59,773 nucleotides of DNA from Amoebophrya sp. A120 (Eukaryota; Protista; Dinoflagellata): the NCBI GenBank assembly GCA_905178155.1, contig CAJINV010000014.1:1382574-1442346 (forward strand). Direction: 5' to 3'. This document shows, piece by piece, positions 35,501 to 49,829 of the stretch; the stretch's first letter is position 1; every line of letters starts with the position of its first letter. Made by a program: the position numbers and the translations under genes. The notes beneath the pieces were generated by a model. It did not search any database. It worked only from the letters and a program-made list of their open reading frames with translations, and had not been told where the DNA came from.

Positions 35501-38500
35501 GTTGGGCTGCGAGGTGTTTGGCACCGCTGTGGACTCGCCTAGAAACGTGCTTTGGCGGTATCAACAGCAGGCTATTGACGACCCGCACACCAGACTGCTG
35601 GTCCAAACCGGCCAGCCGCAGTTCAAATTCCAGCGACGCATCAGCAACGCAGCTGCGGCTAGTGCCAGGTCGAAAAAATCCCGTCGCGGAGAACAAGTTG
35701 GTGGAGCAAGTGCTAGTGGACATCATGATCCCGAAGTAGATGATGAGGCCGCCGAAGTAGAAGATGATAGCATGCGTGGCACGAACACCACCCAGCAGAG
35801 TATAATGCAACGAAGCAACGAGCCAGATTTTTCGCATCGCGGCGGGCACGACAGGGTGGCCGAGATGCTGCGGCACGGTTCGCGCGGGGACTCGTTCGCC
35901 TCGGTGACGCAGATGTCGGACTCGGAGGCAGATCCCAGTTCGCGGGGGGGCACATTTATTGGCCATCTTCACCCGGCTTCGATCCAGGAAAACGAAAGTT
36001 TGAACCGCCACATGGACCGGCGCGACACCGTGTCCACGGAAAACTCGTACGCCGTGTCAGCCCGCGATTCCTTCATGTCCTACGGGTTGGGCACGATTCG
36101 CAGCAGCCAATCCGCCACCTCCTCCGCGTTGCAGCGGGGCTTGGGGCTCCCCGCCGGGTCGGATGCGCCAAGCCAAACCGCCAGCTCTCTCAGTCGGTTT
36201 CTAGACAAGCAGGCTCACATCGAAATCGGGGGGAAGAAACAAGCGGGAGGTAGCCTGTTCGGAAAACCCAGCGAGGAGCCGCCGTCTCCCACGGGGCCGG
36301 CCCGCGTGGAAGTGGTGCACAATGACGTCGGCCCGGAGGAGCCAGATGCGGACGAAGCCTTCTTTGGAAACCTGTTGCCCCGATATGACAGTGCACAACT
36401 CGAAGATGTCCCTGTCTTGTCATTTGAAGTTGTGCATCCGCAGCGACACAAGCCACGGCAGAGCAAATAATGGGTCTTCCGCATGAAAAATAATGCGCAC
36501 GGTATTATTCGGATTGTGGTACTGTTTCACCTTGTTCGAAGATTTCTCACGCAATTAGAGGTGAATTTGGTATTTTGCATTACAAATGAGCAGCAGGGGC
36601 AGAGGGACGTCGACTACTTGCGCACTTTCATACAACGGGCCTGCGCAAACAAGAACCGGCCCAAAGTTCTGCCTACCGGCAGCGGCAACAGGAAAGCAGC
36701 TCCAGTTCCTCTCTCCCTCGTAGTTCTACTGTGAGCGAGCCGAAGAAAACCGTGAATTCGTTCACGTTGGGCAGCACGAGCGCTACGTTTGGCGAGGATA
36801 TCGACCAGATGACGGGCGGTGTGCGCGGAACAAACATTTCATCTGTCATGATACCTACGCCCCCTCCGCGAGCACCAGCTGCCAACAACAGGAAAAACGA
36901 AACTGCCACCGCCCTTGCTCCCCTCGCTGCCTCGCTCGCCGAGCGGTTGGCATCTGCGGTACAGTGGGAAAAAGACCACTCCGGCCGGACCGTGACAGAG
37001 GACTTGCCCGGCGGGCTACAGGGCTATACCTTCCCCGGTGGACCACCAGGTCATCAACACGGGGGCGACTATACCAATGGGAGCAACAGCGAGCGTGGGT
37101 CGTTCGATTCCTCTGACAGTTTTGCCCGGGCCAATTTGGTGGACAAGGACAAAATCCTTGCGAGTTTCGACTACAAGCTGCAGTCCCATCACACCGTCGG
37201 AAGCATCCTGTCCATCGGCGACGGCCCCGCGGAGCGGGTCGCTTGTCAGGATGTCGTTTGGTGCATCGCTGGCTCCACGACCTTGCAGGACAGCGGCCAG
37301 GATCTGTGTAACGAGGTCGGGATGATTGCGGGCGAAGAAGGTGGAGAGCAGAATGGAGAGCTGGAGGAACAGCAAAACGGGATGAAAAAGAAGAAAAAGA
37401 TATCATTTGTAAAAACGTCCCTACCCTAGAGTTGTAATGCAAATCTGCATGCTGAAAATGTTTCTCATGCGGAGACCCATGAGAAGCAGTCTCTCGTCGT
37501 GGTGTGGGATTTGTGATGCTAGAATCAGCATGATATGCTAGAACTGTGATGCTGCTGAACAAGCTAAACGGGATTACACCGCGAGGCCAAACTTGTCATG
37601 CGCAACAGCAAAAGCTGACAGATTTGTCTAGCAGATTTCCCAGCTTGACTCTGGTGTGGGGACGTTTTTACTCAGGATAGNTCGTCGGGGTGTTGGCGTG
37701 CCTGTTGGTTCCTCTAGAAAGACGCCTGGGCCGCGTGAAAAAACCCGCCAGGGAAGGCAGCAGCACTCCTACGCAGACGCGACCATAAAAACTGCAGCCC
37801 CTGCGTTGGCGCAAAAAAAAGGGCAAATCCCGATGGTATGCTGCGAATTTCTTTAGGGATAAGAACAATGCTGAAGATCACCTATTTCGTCTCTATGCCT
37901 GGGTTTTGGCGTGCCCCATCCGCCGGGCGGGTCGCCGCTGCCGCCGCCGGGCGGCCCCCCGATTCCCGGTGGGACGCCGCCCTTTCTGAATCGCACGGAA
38001 TCCCCGGGCGGGGCGAGCAGCTTGGAGGGGCTGGTGTCCGGAAGCGATGGCGGGTTTCGGACCCGGAGTAACAACCGACTACCGTCTGCTACCGGCTTGT
38101 GGCGCCGCACGCCGACCATCGGGTCGCTCCCCGATCCGAGTGCGGCCGGGCTGCCCAGTCCCGACGGGCAGCAAGGCCGGCTGAGTCCCGAGAGCATTGC
38201 GTCTGGTGACGCCGGGGGCCGAAATTTGTCGAAGGAGTCTTCCGTTGCGTCGGTGCCCGGATTGATAGCGGGGATGCAGCAGCTACAACGCGACCTTGCG
38301 GGCACTTTATGCCTTTTAAAATGACACTGACCCTGCTCAACAGCACGCTCATCTCCCTCAAAAATTCGTTGGAAAAATGCTCATCTACTGGTACATGAAA
38401 TTGAAATAGTGCATGCTTTCCAAGGACTTTCACTTTGCTTTTGCATTTCATCATGCATGACCACAAACTGAATCTGAAACAGACAGTGAGGGGGGGATAG

Positions 38501-41500
38501 CGATAAGGTCGTGATGAAGATTTTATTCACAATCATACTCCACTTCGGCAGACCCCAATCAAGACGAAGCGATGATGACTTCGGAGCAGCGGCTTTTACA
38601 GCACCAACTGCTGCAGCAGCAGCAACAGCAGTACATGCAGCAGTACCATCAAAGCGACCAACCGCCGCAACCGATGCAGCAGAACTTGACGTCTACCGTA
38701 ATCGACGGCGCGCCAGCACCAGCACCTAATGGCCCTTCTGCTTTGGTGCCTCAGGCTGCAGTCTCTTTGCAACAACAGCAATCGTTGCTGATGATGAACC
38801 CGTTAATGCTGCGTCCATCCGCTGTGCAGCAACAAGATGACGACGACGACAAGCTCTCCGTGCACAGCCACCGCAGCGGGAAAAGCGCCTACTCCGCCTA
38901 CAAGACGAGGTCCAGGGACAGCTTGCCGGCCTTGGCTGAAGCCAGTCCGTACGGCGGAGGCGCAACCCGAAACCGCCGGCCCGGCAGCGCCAGCAAATCA
39001 ACTACGACACGTATCGCATGTAGAAATAAACCTATATGACACTTCCCTCGGTTTGTGATTCGCCGACTTATGTATGACAGATAAAGGAAAAGGACTGCCC
39101 TTGTTCTGGAACTGTTTCTTAGTAGAGGGTATGCGCGAGGGCAGGGCCTGCTGAGCTATTGCATGCATTCACTACATCTACATCTACTACACAAACCGAG
39201 CGTCGATGCGGTTTCCATTCCCATACTTAGCACAACGCCGCCTCCCGACCTGCTGCTCCAGCAGCAGCAGGCGCAGATCAGCGCGCAGCACCAGCAGCAC
39301 CTACAACGCGGCCTTGCGCAGCTTGAACAGGACCACAGTCCCTACGGAGGACCCCAACACCAGCAGGACGCTGTGATGCAGGACTTGCAAAACCAGCAAA
39401 CGGCCCTGTCCGACCAGCAGCTGCTTCACATGCAAACCCAAGGCCTCACCGCGGAACAAATCCAGCAGTACCAAGCCCATCTCGACGCGTCGCAACAGCG
39501 ACTACAGCCGAGCCAATTCAATTCCGCACCGCCAGTTTTGTTTCACACCGAACCGCCGCGACGACACTACAGACCGCAGCACGGGGCACGGGGAGACGAC
39601 GCGAGTTCCTTCGCGTCCGACGACTTTGACGCGTTGCGGAATTCCGACTCGGTCGGGGAAGCTGGTGATCCAACAGGGTCCTCTTCACCATCGCCAGAAC
39701 AAGGAGGTTTTGGTTTTGGTCCAGGACAACAACCACAAGCATTCACCGGTCACCTCGTCCCGCCGCTGCAATTATCCGCGGCCAGGGGGACAGTCATTGA
39801 CAACTACACGGACGACCAGCGTGGTCCCCACGTCGACACAGCCAGATCCTCTGCCGCGAGCTCCGGGTTCGCACCTTCGTCTGCCGGCGGGGGAGGATTG
39901 GTGTCTGTGTCTCGTCGGGGCTCGCTGGCAGGAGTGGAGGGCACAATGATAGGACACGGCGAGGACGGGGCTCTGGCTCCAACCGCCCCGGGAGGTGGTG
40001 GACTAGTACCGCAGCCGCGGGCAAAATCCTGGAAGGAGCTGCATGTGGAAGCGAGGCCGGCTCCGGCACACATCGTGGTGTTTGATTGGGACGACACATT
40101 GCTACCTACCTGGTACATCGGCAACGTCGTGCTGCCCTGCGTCACCGGATTGAAATTCTGCAGCATGGTACAAATTGTATAGCTTACGGACGAAGTAGAT
40201 GAAGATGAATATTACATAATTCAAATACTCACTTTAAGATGAATATTACATAATTCAGTAGCGGCAAAGCTATCTGTAGTGCTTTCCTGGTAGAACAGCC
40301 GCGCCACGCCGCTGAGCGGGAGACGGCCTGTCCAGTGAGTGAGTGCCCCGTCAACTGCTCGCCGGGGCGCTGCGTGGAAGAGCAGCGTCGCCGCATGTCG
40401 AGCCGGGGAACTAGTTTGCTTTCGATTGCCTTTTTATTTTTTAAGTTCCCCGTCATCTCAATTCCCCCTTAACTTGCCGCCTTACTCTTCACGGACATGG
40501 GGGATGACATCAGCGCGTAGAACGGTTTGAACCAGACTCGGGCTACAAGGCCACAGGTAAACTATCCCAGTGTCTTCCGGCCGGCCTTGACGCAATCTGA
40601 CTACTAAAAACCTCGCGGTAGCTGGGGGGCGTTCTAGTCTTCGGTCTAGTTCGTCGCCCTCTACCAGGCCTGTACTACCTGAAAGCAGAACTTCGGCTAG
40701 GGCAACAAGATCACATCAAGCAGCATCCGCGAGCAGCATCCGAACCGAGAGTAGTCAGCCGGGCCATTTCTGAAGGCGCTGCGAGGTGGGCGGAGAGGCA
40801 TCACGCTAGCAGTTGGACGGGAGCAAGGCCAGCGTTCTTCTGTGTGATGTTCGTCGTATACTGTCCTGCCTAGTTCAACTATGTAGGTTATCTCTCTCTC
40901 TCTCAAATACTTTAAGATTAAGTTTGTGTGGTGGACGATTTTCAGCCCTGTTCTTCGTCTGGCAATAGTTTTTCAAGGTTAAGATTTTGGATTTGGTCTT
41001 GATTTTTAGAACTATGCATGGCCGAGAAGTAGTTGTGGATGTAGTAATTGCAAATAGAACCTTTTTCAACATCGAAACGTACAGAATTCTGACTACAAAC
41101 TGGACCCCACGGACGATTTCTACGACGGTCTGAACGACCACGCACAGTTGATCCTCACGATTATTCGCACCGCATTGAACCTCACGCCGCACGTCTTCAT
41201 TGTTACACTCGGGAAGACGGGATGGGTAGAACTACAAAGACGATTTTTTTACTGTTTTTGCATTAGATTTCAAAAGGAAAAACTAAAACTCATATTCCAT
41301 GCATTTTTTTCTCCAGCATTGCCTTGCTTGCGTGTAAATAAGTGTCAGGATAGAACAAAAGCACGACGAGCTGCAACAGAAAAAACGTAGGCACTCTCAC
41401 TTATCAGGTTTCCCGTTCTGCCGCACAGCGGTTGCCTGGTTTCACCGAGACCACACTGACCGAAATGGGTGTCAACGTGTACTACGCGCGCGAGTACTTG

Positions 41501-44500
41501 AGCCGGCGCGAGGCGATGCTGTGCCAACAGGAGGAGGGGTGCGACCCGTTCATGGTGGCGAAACGGAATGCGTTCAAGAAGGTGATGAAGGTGGTGGTAA
41601 AGAGTCAGGAGAAGTTATGGAAGAAGGCACATAAGGTATGAAATCCACATCAAACCCATTATTCGTATAGGCTTAAGCGACGAATCCGAATCGTAAAGAC
41701 CCCCGCACCAGAAGTCACCATGGCCTTGTTATTCTAAACCTACTACTAGGTCTAGGATCCGCAGCACATCGGCCCGGAAATTGTAGATGTGCTAGCATTG
41801 TGCGTGTGCAGCACAGTGTGAATTTTAATAAAGCAATTATCACATCAGGACGCCGTCGGGTCCCAGCTGATGCACCTTGAAGCGGCGAAATTCGGGTCGT
41901 CTTCCAGTCAAGGCTCGCGTCTGTCCTCCGGCTCCACTGGTTCCAGTGCCAGCGGTATCGATTGCAAATATGTCTGGGTCTGGAAGAGTCATGCTGTTCT
42001 TGCATGGCACAGAAGGTCTGGCATGGAAGCTCTAGCATCACAGGTTTCGAGAAGCTTCGGCAATGCCGAACCCGCATGAGAAATCCCCCACTTTGGTGAC
42101 AGAAAGTGGCCAGCTTTTGCTACCTAATATGCATGAGAGATTTTTCTGCGTTCTAAAATGCGCATCATAAGTTTGTATTCTTGCAGACCCAGACGTATTT
42201 GCATTTGATAAGCGGCGTTTCGTCCGCGTGCGGCACCGAGTTGGGCTGCGAGGTGTTTGGCACCGCTGTGGACTCGCCTAGAAACGTGCTTTGGCGGTAT
42301 CAACAGCAGGCTATTGACGACCCGCACACCAGACTGCTGGTCCAAACCGGCCAGCCGCAGTTCAAATTCCAGCGACGCATCAGCAACGCAGCTGCGGCTA
42401 GTGCCAGGTCGAAAAAATCCCGTCGCGGAGAACAAGTTGGTGGAGCAAGTGCTAGTGGACATCATGATCCCGAAGTAGATGATGAGGCCGCCGAAGTAGA
42501 AGATGATAGCATGCGTGGCACGAACACCACCCAGCAGAGTATAATGCAACGAAGCAACGAGCCAGATTTTTCGCATCGCGGCGGGCACGACAGGGTGGCC
42601 GAGATGCTGCGGCACGGTTCGCGCGGGGACTCGTTCGCCTCGGTGACGCAGATGTCGGACTCGGAGGCAGATCCCAGTTCGCGGGGGGGCACATTTATTG
42701 GCCATCTTCACCCGGCTTCGATCCAGGAAAACGAAAGTTTGAACCGCCACATGGACCGGCGCGACACCGTGTCCACGGAAAACTCGTACGCCGTGTCAGC
42801 CCGCGATTCCTTCATGTCCTACGGGTTGGGCACGATTCGCAGCAGCCAATCCGCCACCTCCTCCGCGTTGCAGCGGGGCTTGGGGCTCCCCGCCGGGTCG
42901 GATGCGCCAAGCCAAACCGCCAGCTCTCTCAGTCGGTTTCTAGACAAGCAGGCTCACATCGAAATCGGGGGGAAGAAACAAGCGGGAGGTAGCCTGTTCG
43001 GAAAACCCAGCGAGGAGCCGCCGTCTCCCACGGGGCCGGCCCGCGTGGAAGTGGTGCACAATGACGTCGGCCCGGAGGAGCCAGATGCGGACGAAGCCTT
43101 CTTTGGAAACCTGTTGCCCCGATATGACAGTGCACAACTCGAAGATGTCCCTGTCTTGTCATTTGAAGTTGTGCATCCGCAGCGACACAAGCCACGGCAG
43201 AGCAAATAATGGGTCTTCCGCATGAAAAATAATGCGCACGGTATTATTCGGATTGTGGTACTGTTTCACCTTGTTCGAAGATTTCTCACGCAATTAGAGG
43301 TGAATTTGGTATTTTGCATTACAAATGAGCAGCAGGGGCAGAGGGACGTCGACTACTTGCGCACTTTCATACAACGGGCCTGCGCAAACAAGAACCGGCC
43401 CAAAGTTCTGCCTACCGGCAGCGGCAACAGGAAAGCAGCTCCAGTTCCTCTCTCCCTCGTAGTTCTACTGTGAGCGAGCCGAAGAAAACCGTGAATTCGT
43501 TCACGTTGGGCAGCACGAGCGCTACGTTTGGCGAGGATATCGACCAGATGACGGGCGGTGTGCGCGGAACAAACATTTCATCTGTCATGATACCTACGCC
43601 CCCTCCGCGAGCACCAGCTGCCAACAACAGGAAAAACGAAACTGCCACCGCCCTTGCTCCCCTCGCTGCCTCGCTCGCCGAGCGGTTGGCATCTGCGGTA
43701 CAGTGGGAAAAAGACCACTCCGGCCGGACCGTGACAGAGGACTTGCCCGGCGGGCTACAGGGCTATACCTTCCCCGGTGGACCACCAGGTCATCAACACG
43801 GGGGCGACTATACCAATGGGAGCAACAGCGAGCGTGGGTCGTTCGATTCCTCTGACAGTTTTGCCCGGGCCAATTTGGTGGACAAGGACAAAATCCTTGC
43901 GAGTTTCGACTACAAGCTGCAGTCCCATCACACCGTCGGAAGCATCCTGTCCATCGGCGACGGCCCCGCGGAGCGGGTCGCTTGTCAGGATGTCGTTTGG
44001 TGCATCGCTGGCTCCACGACCTTGCAGGACAGCGGCCAGGATCTGTGTAACGAGGTCGGGATGATTGCGGGCGAAGAAGGTGGAGAGCAGAATGGAGAGC
44101 TGGAGGAACAGCAAAACGGGATGAAAAAGAAGAAAAAGATATCATTTGTAAAAACGTCCCTACCCTAGAGTTGTAATGCAAATCTGCATGCTGAAAATGT
44201 TTCTCATGCGGAGACCCATGAGAAGCAGTCTCTCGTCGTGGTGTGGGATTTGTGATGCTAGAATCAGCATGATATGCTAGAACTGTGATGCTGCTGAACA
44301 AGCTAAACGGGATTACACCGCGAGGCCAAACTTGTCATGCGCAACAGCAAAAGCTGACAGATTTGTCTAGCAGATTTCCCAGCTTGACTCTGGTGTGGGG
44401 ACGTTTTTACTCAGGATAAAAGAAGAACGAGCTGCGGTGCAAAACCATCAAATTTGAGGAGGAACCGAACCTGGAGGTGCTCGGCGAACAGTTAAAACAA

Positions 44501-44743
44501 ACCACGGAGTATCTGCCCAGTTTTATCACGTACGAAGGCGACTTCCACTTCGATCACGACGCTTCGAGTCGCGGCAGCACGTCGCAAGCGGGCAGCCGGC
44601 CGGCGACCCCGGACCACGCGGGACAACGGGAGGATGGGGTGTTGGAGCCCGCTGCGGCCACCAACCGCAACCCCGCGGCAGAGTTGGAACGGCAGTGGCG
44701 CACATCCCACCGCCGGGCCAAAGTCGCCGGGATGCTGGCGTAG
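29558..44743 (+). CDS. Q-rich protein with a split HAD-superfamily domain (alveolate HADO-like); middle part present twice
   Basis: Motifs VFDWDDTLLPT, VFIVTLGKTGWV, YYAREY, AKRNAF, ILSIGDGPAER and CKTIKFEEEPNLEVLGEQL. GT-AG introns at 33429-34345, 34487-34668 and 34897-35109; introners at 35217 and 37401/44140. Start and some 5' junctions are unresolved. Confidence 0.7.
30160..31226. repeat. 68-bp direct repeat of coding sequence (30160-30227 and 31159-31226) around a 931-bp insert
   Basis: The copies differ at one base and the offset is 999 bp. The insert contains a ~120-bp tandem duplication (~30344-30572). Confidence 0.85.
35217..35471. mobile_element. Introner element (family B)
   Basis: TATCGATTGCAAATATGTCTGGGTCTG...CAGACCCAGACGTATTTGCATTTGATA with perfect AGCGG flanks. 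Removal gives SASG|VSSA in frame. Confidence 0.9.
37401..37679. mobile_element. Introner element, first copy, ending exactly at the duplication junction
   Basis: Same sequence as 44140-44418. The right flanking repeat is missing and replaced by GN. Confidence 0.8.
41956..42210. mobile_element. Duplicate copy of introner 35217-35471
   Basis: Lies within the 6739-bp duplication. Confidence 0.85.
44140..44418. mobile_element. Introner element
   Basis: TATCATTTGTAAAAACGTCCC...GGGACGTTTTTACTCAGGATA with perfect AAAGA flanks. Removal gives KKK|KNELRCKTIKF. Confidence 0.9.
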
Positions 44744-47700
44744 GGAAGACCTGAGGTGGTCGTTTGGGGAAGAGAGTAAAAGCTGGAGAATGCGAAAGCT
44801 ATGCAAGTCGATTGAAATACTAGTACTAGTACTACATTTTGGGAAGGCGGTAGAAAAAAATCTAAACCTGTACTACAACCACCAAAAAGTGAGGCTACAA
44901 GCTGTACTATTTTTGTACACGACAAAACGCCGCAGCTGCATAGCAGTACGACCCCATATTGTACTAGATGTAGATGTAGTTGTTGCCACATGATAGATAT
45001 TGATCAAATGATTTACAGCGGACTTTAGCTGAAATACTGAAGGGTTTGTTCAGGGTTACAGCGCAAAAAACATCCTTCATTTAACACAGCAAAACAATTT
45101 ATAAATGCATAGAATCAATCTCAATGCGAAAGGAGCGCACAGTTATTTTCTCGACATATGATACAAAATTTTTTTTATCCGGTCGAAAACACGTGAATAA
45201 TAATAAACAAGGAGCCTCCCGCCTACAAAATTCGAAATAGAAAGCCCTACAATACTACACCCTCAGAGAAAAAAAAACCCTAGAGGTTCTTGCTTGTAGA
45301 GAAATTCTTGCAAGAGGAATTTCTTTGCCGGCAGTCGGACAGGACCACGGGGTTAAAGAACGAAAACGAAAATCAACATTAGTTCCTCAGGAACAAGGGG
45401 CACGAATTTTGCATGGGAGAGTGGAAGACGTAGACGGTGATGAAGAATGCCACGATATCTCAAGGGTCTCTGCATGTTGAGCGACCTATTGCTCTATCAA
45501 TCTCTATCTCTATTTGCTTCTGCTTCTAAAAAATCCAAACCTAGATGATGTGCTTACAGTGTAGTGACCTTTTGCTTGTAAATACGAAAACAAGAGACCA
45601 AAGAACAGGATAAAAATTTATCTTTTTTTTTGCGCGATATGTTAACTTAAATCAATGCAAATAATAATGTCTTCGATCCGGTGTTTTCAAAATAGAGGCA
45701 GTTTTTGCAGTAGGTAACTTCTGAAGAGGACAGTAGAGGCAGTACTAGGTTCTCCTTTGTTCCGCAGCTCAGGACAAATTTCTTTGCTGTGAAGCATGGG
45801 GAACGAGTTTTACTGTTTTTTGTGTCGTCTTCTTTTCTAACGATAGTGATCGAACGAAGTCGAAGAAAAAAATGGCAGACCTACTATTAGGATCGCGCTC
45901 AATGATATCATTTCCATTGCCACTGAGATCTCGCCGTGAGGAGTTGCTCGGGCTGTGTTAGCCTGACAAGCCTCCGCGAAATCGTGGATTGGCCTTGATT
46001 TTTCGAAAGTCTTTGGATCACCCTCACTGGAAAGTAGCACTCAGAGTGCCAGGACAAACGTTACGCTCGGGGCGGCCCCTCTGACAGCAATAGAAGACAA
46101 ACAAAACAAGACAACATCTTCTAGAAGTACTCAAAAGTGTAGGCAAAAAAAAAACAAAGCGTATGACAACCGAAGGAGTTTTATTGCAATCGGAAATCTA
46201 TCCGCTTCCGCGCAAAAAGTCTTTACTTTTTTCAACCAGAACGTCATTAGTTGATTTGCAGTCGCAAACACCACGACCCATAATCACCAAAATAGGCGGC
46301 GTTGCACGAAAGAGGTTGAAATTACAAAGTTTAGAGAGTACTATCGCATATACAGGATCAGGTGGATAGAAAGGCCACAGAAGTACTAGTCGGAGGCTCC
46401 GGCTAGTGCATTGTGTTAGAATTGTGAAGGAGAAACGTCTGATGTAGTAAGAGGGATAAAGGAAGAAATACGGAAAAAATATGTATGCAGAAAATCGTGG
46501 TAGTGCAGCCTATTCCTACGAAATTGAAAAGTAGATTAAGATGGCCTTTGCTTCGCTTACTCTCGACACAGCATTATTTGCTGCTCCTTTGCTACAAGTG
46601 TAGCTGGTAGCTTTTTTTTTCTTTTGTGTGAAGAGACAAACTATGATTGAATCTACAGAAATTTGTTCAGTCCAACAGGTGTAGCTCTGTGTATCATGGA
46701 CCACGGACGTAGAGGTATCGCTCTTTTGCTTTTGGTATTTATAATTTGTCTTTCTTGTTTTGGTAATCCGAACTCACCAACTGCACCTCCAACTTGTATG
46801 CCTTTGGGTCTTCTCCATTGCAGAAGATCCTTGCCGTACTTACAACGAGGAGGAAGAACTTAAAACGAGAAGGCCTCAGTGAGTTGTTTTTGCTTCATTA
46901 TTGTTAAACAGACCAAGCTATTGACTCACTGCCACATATGATGAAATAACGACAGAATTATAAATTATTTGGAACTGTTTTCCCTGCAGCGGTCGTGATA
47001 AAACTTAGAAATACAGATTGAAAAATAGCGATCTCTACTTTCTGGGCCCAGCCCCAGGCTCGCACGAGGCACCGTAGTGAATAAGTACATCATTTGGGTT
47101 TCTACTTGATTTGGGGCAGAAGTTGCTGCTGAATATTAACGATTACAATTGATTTTGGACATAATGATCAGACATTACAACAGCGCCGTACAAGCGCACT
47201 TAGCTAATATCGAGACACTGGTCGTCTGCTTTTCTTGGTGAGGACATTTTCTGTCCATTTCCAGCAGATGGAGATCACTCCGTTTGAGGAGATATCATGC
47301 AGGGGAGGAAGCAAGTTGTGCCTAGTTCGCTCGTGGTGCTTCCTTTTGAATCAGAACCTTTTCTATGTTGATGCAAGGAAGCACTCAGCAGGACGACGAT
47401 GCAACTCACTCACAGGGTGAAAGGCGTGCTGGAAGTGGTAACATCACTTCTACCGGAAAGAACTGATAATCAAAGATGGACTCTGCGAAAGTTGTTTGCC
47501 ATTTACTTCTAGTTCTGCCTCGGCGCTATTAACGAGTGGAGCAAAATGAAAATCGCAGACCATGATAATGAATTTCAGAGAATAAAGACAAGGATGACTA
47601 GTTTGATGAAGAAGGAATTTGATAGAGACATTTCAGGACGATCGACCAAAAGTTCGCGTCTAGAACTTAATAGGAAATTCTGAAAAAATAATAAAGCCGC

Positions 47701-49829
47701 GCACGAGGAGATCAGTACAAATAGCAACGGTATTGATGCCGGGGGACAAAAACTTTACTCGTCTGCACATTGTACTAAGTAACGCTGGCGGTTCGCTGTT
47801 ATGCCCGGGCTTCCTAGTGGTGGTGGGCTTGGGGGTGAAGATCGTACTACCACATTTTTGACGCATTGTCATTCTTGACGGCACAGGTTCACAACAAGGA
47901 CTAGCACTAGCACAGGTTTTTGTAGTTTGTGGTAGTTTCTGACAGGAGGATCTTCATCACTATCGTGAACTCAAGCCTGCCAAATCCCGTTTCGAGACCC
48001 CCAAGCAAGAACAAGAGACGAAGGGCCCGAAGCACGACAGGATTTCACAACGCGTGGTGCGGCGTTCTTCTTAATATGTGCCGTCGACGATGAATCGACA
48101 TAGAAGATAAAAAGTTAGTTTAGTTTTTTGTCTCGTAGTTCTTTGTGCTTCTCTCGCGTCTGGCACAGATTGAAAGTAGCAAATCGCTTGGAAAAATGTC
48201 GAACAGCTAGAGCATCCGTTCTATGCTTGTTTTGACAAAATTGCTTTTTTAGCTCATCTTTCGCTGCCATGGTCCGTCCTCACGTTTTTCTACTTTGAGT
48301 CTGGAACAACAGCACGTGTGTGTTATATCGATCATTGAAAAAAGAAAGGTTTATTGTTCTTTGTTGTAGGAAAAAATCTTTAGTTTCTTCTTCTGGGCTG
48401 CATGTGCGCGTTTTGTTTTCAGATTGTCTACAACGTGCATGCTGGTCGTCTTGTTCCCGTTCACTAATACTAGCGTCTGGCCTTGGTTCTTCTTTTCTTT
48501 ACTTTTTTGTTCGCAACAACGAATAGCGAGCACGACGAGAAATCTGCGGCACCTCTGCAATACCGCCAGGAATATCGGCTTCGGTGCCTGTAGCTAGTAC
48601 TTATATGACGAACGTAGTGCAACATGAAAACTGGTGCATCAGGCTAGTTGTAGCAAAATTTTTGTGAGGGCTGCCCTGTCCTCCGCAACAGTGGCGAATG
48701 AACATCGAAGCTTTTGCTCCTGATTCTTGTGGCTGCTAAATTGAGGCGAAGAAAAGTTGTGCGCAATACAACCACAGAATAAAAATCAGAAAAAATAAAG
48801 CGAGCTCAAGCTCTCTACTCTCGCTATATGCTTTCATATGGTGTGATGTTGAACGCCTGCTGTAGCTGTTGTGCAAGCGGTCAGAAACAAGAAGTATGCG
48901 CGCGGTTCATCGCCATCGATTTTATTTGTAGACAAGGTACTAGCGGTATCCATGTTTGTGCATGTTATCGAAAAGGATGATCGGATCTTCATGAAGAATC
49001 TTGAACCCGAAGAAGATCAACTTCGCTAGGAAGTCATTTTTGGAAAGATGAAAAGATCTTGATAACTCTCAGTGATATCTTCCTCGCCAACAAAACACTG
49101 GTCGTAATGGTAATGCAGCCTGAAGAAGATCTACGAAAGCCACATAAGTTCATCATGATCACTTTTATTCCCACCAAAACCACATACTTACATACTTGTC
49201 ATTGTGAAGTGTTGTTTTTGTTGAGAAAGAAGCAGAATTGCAGCGAATTTTTAAACCCACGAAGAAGGATGGGTAGCAAATGGATAATGTTGAAACTGCA
49301 GGAAAGAGGAACCAGCCTGCCACGATGTAAAAAACGAGGCAACTGAAACCTTTTATTTTTCGATCTTGGTCTCACCAGCACCAGCTGTAGTAAGAGCTGG
49401 CGTTGCGTCGAAATGGAAGATGCTTTTCCTCTTTTTCTCGATCAACATCTGGTTTTTTTTTCAGAAATTCAAATTTCCTTGTGGTCCTCCAAGTGGATCA
49501 TCAATTGCAAACAGAGCGGTTTGCTTGTGCATGCTGGTCGAAAGAACAGGAACAACAACATTTGATGATCATGTCATTCGCATGTGTGTCACAACATTTT
49601 CGTAACATCAATCTCAGGCCGCGGCAAACTAATAGGTGGTACCGGTACGTAGACCTTGTAGTTGTAGAGTTTGAGTTTCAGACTTAATCTTTGCCTTTTT
49701 TACCAAATCAAATGGCAGTAACAGTAAGTCAGTTTTTACTCTTTGTTCTCTCAGCAAGCGACAAAACGACCAAAATTTTTCATGTAGCATTTTAAATTTT
49801 TACCAAAAAATCCAGCAACAGAAAAAAAA

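Larger units (their letters stand above)
30941..44418. repeat. Identical 6739-bp tandem duplication (30941-37679 and 37680-44418) with an N at 37681
   Basis: All track ORFs repeat with offset 6739 and identical translations. Single N at the junction. Confidence 0.95.

Noticed and set aside
37680-44418. Second functional HAD gene copy
   Set aside because: Neither copy is complete on its own. Sequence identity and the junction N favour an assembly overlap.
44750-49800. Short ORFs in AT-richer DNA (also 26500-29350)
   Set aside because: No recognisable domains or consistent exon chains; treated as intergenic, though divergent genes could be missed.
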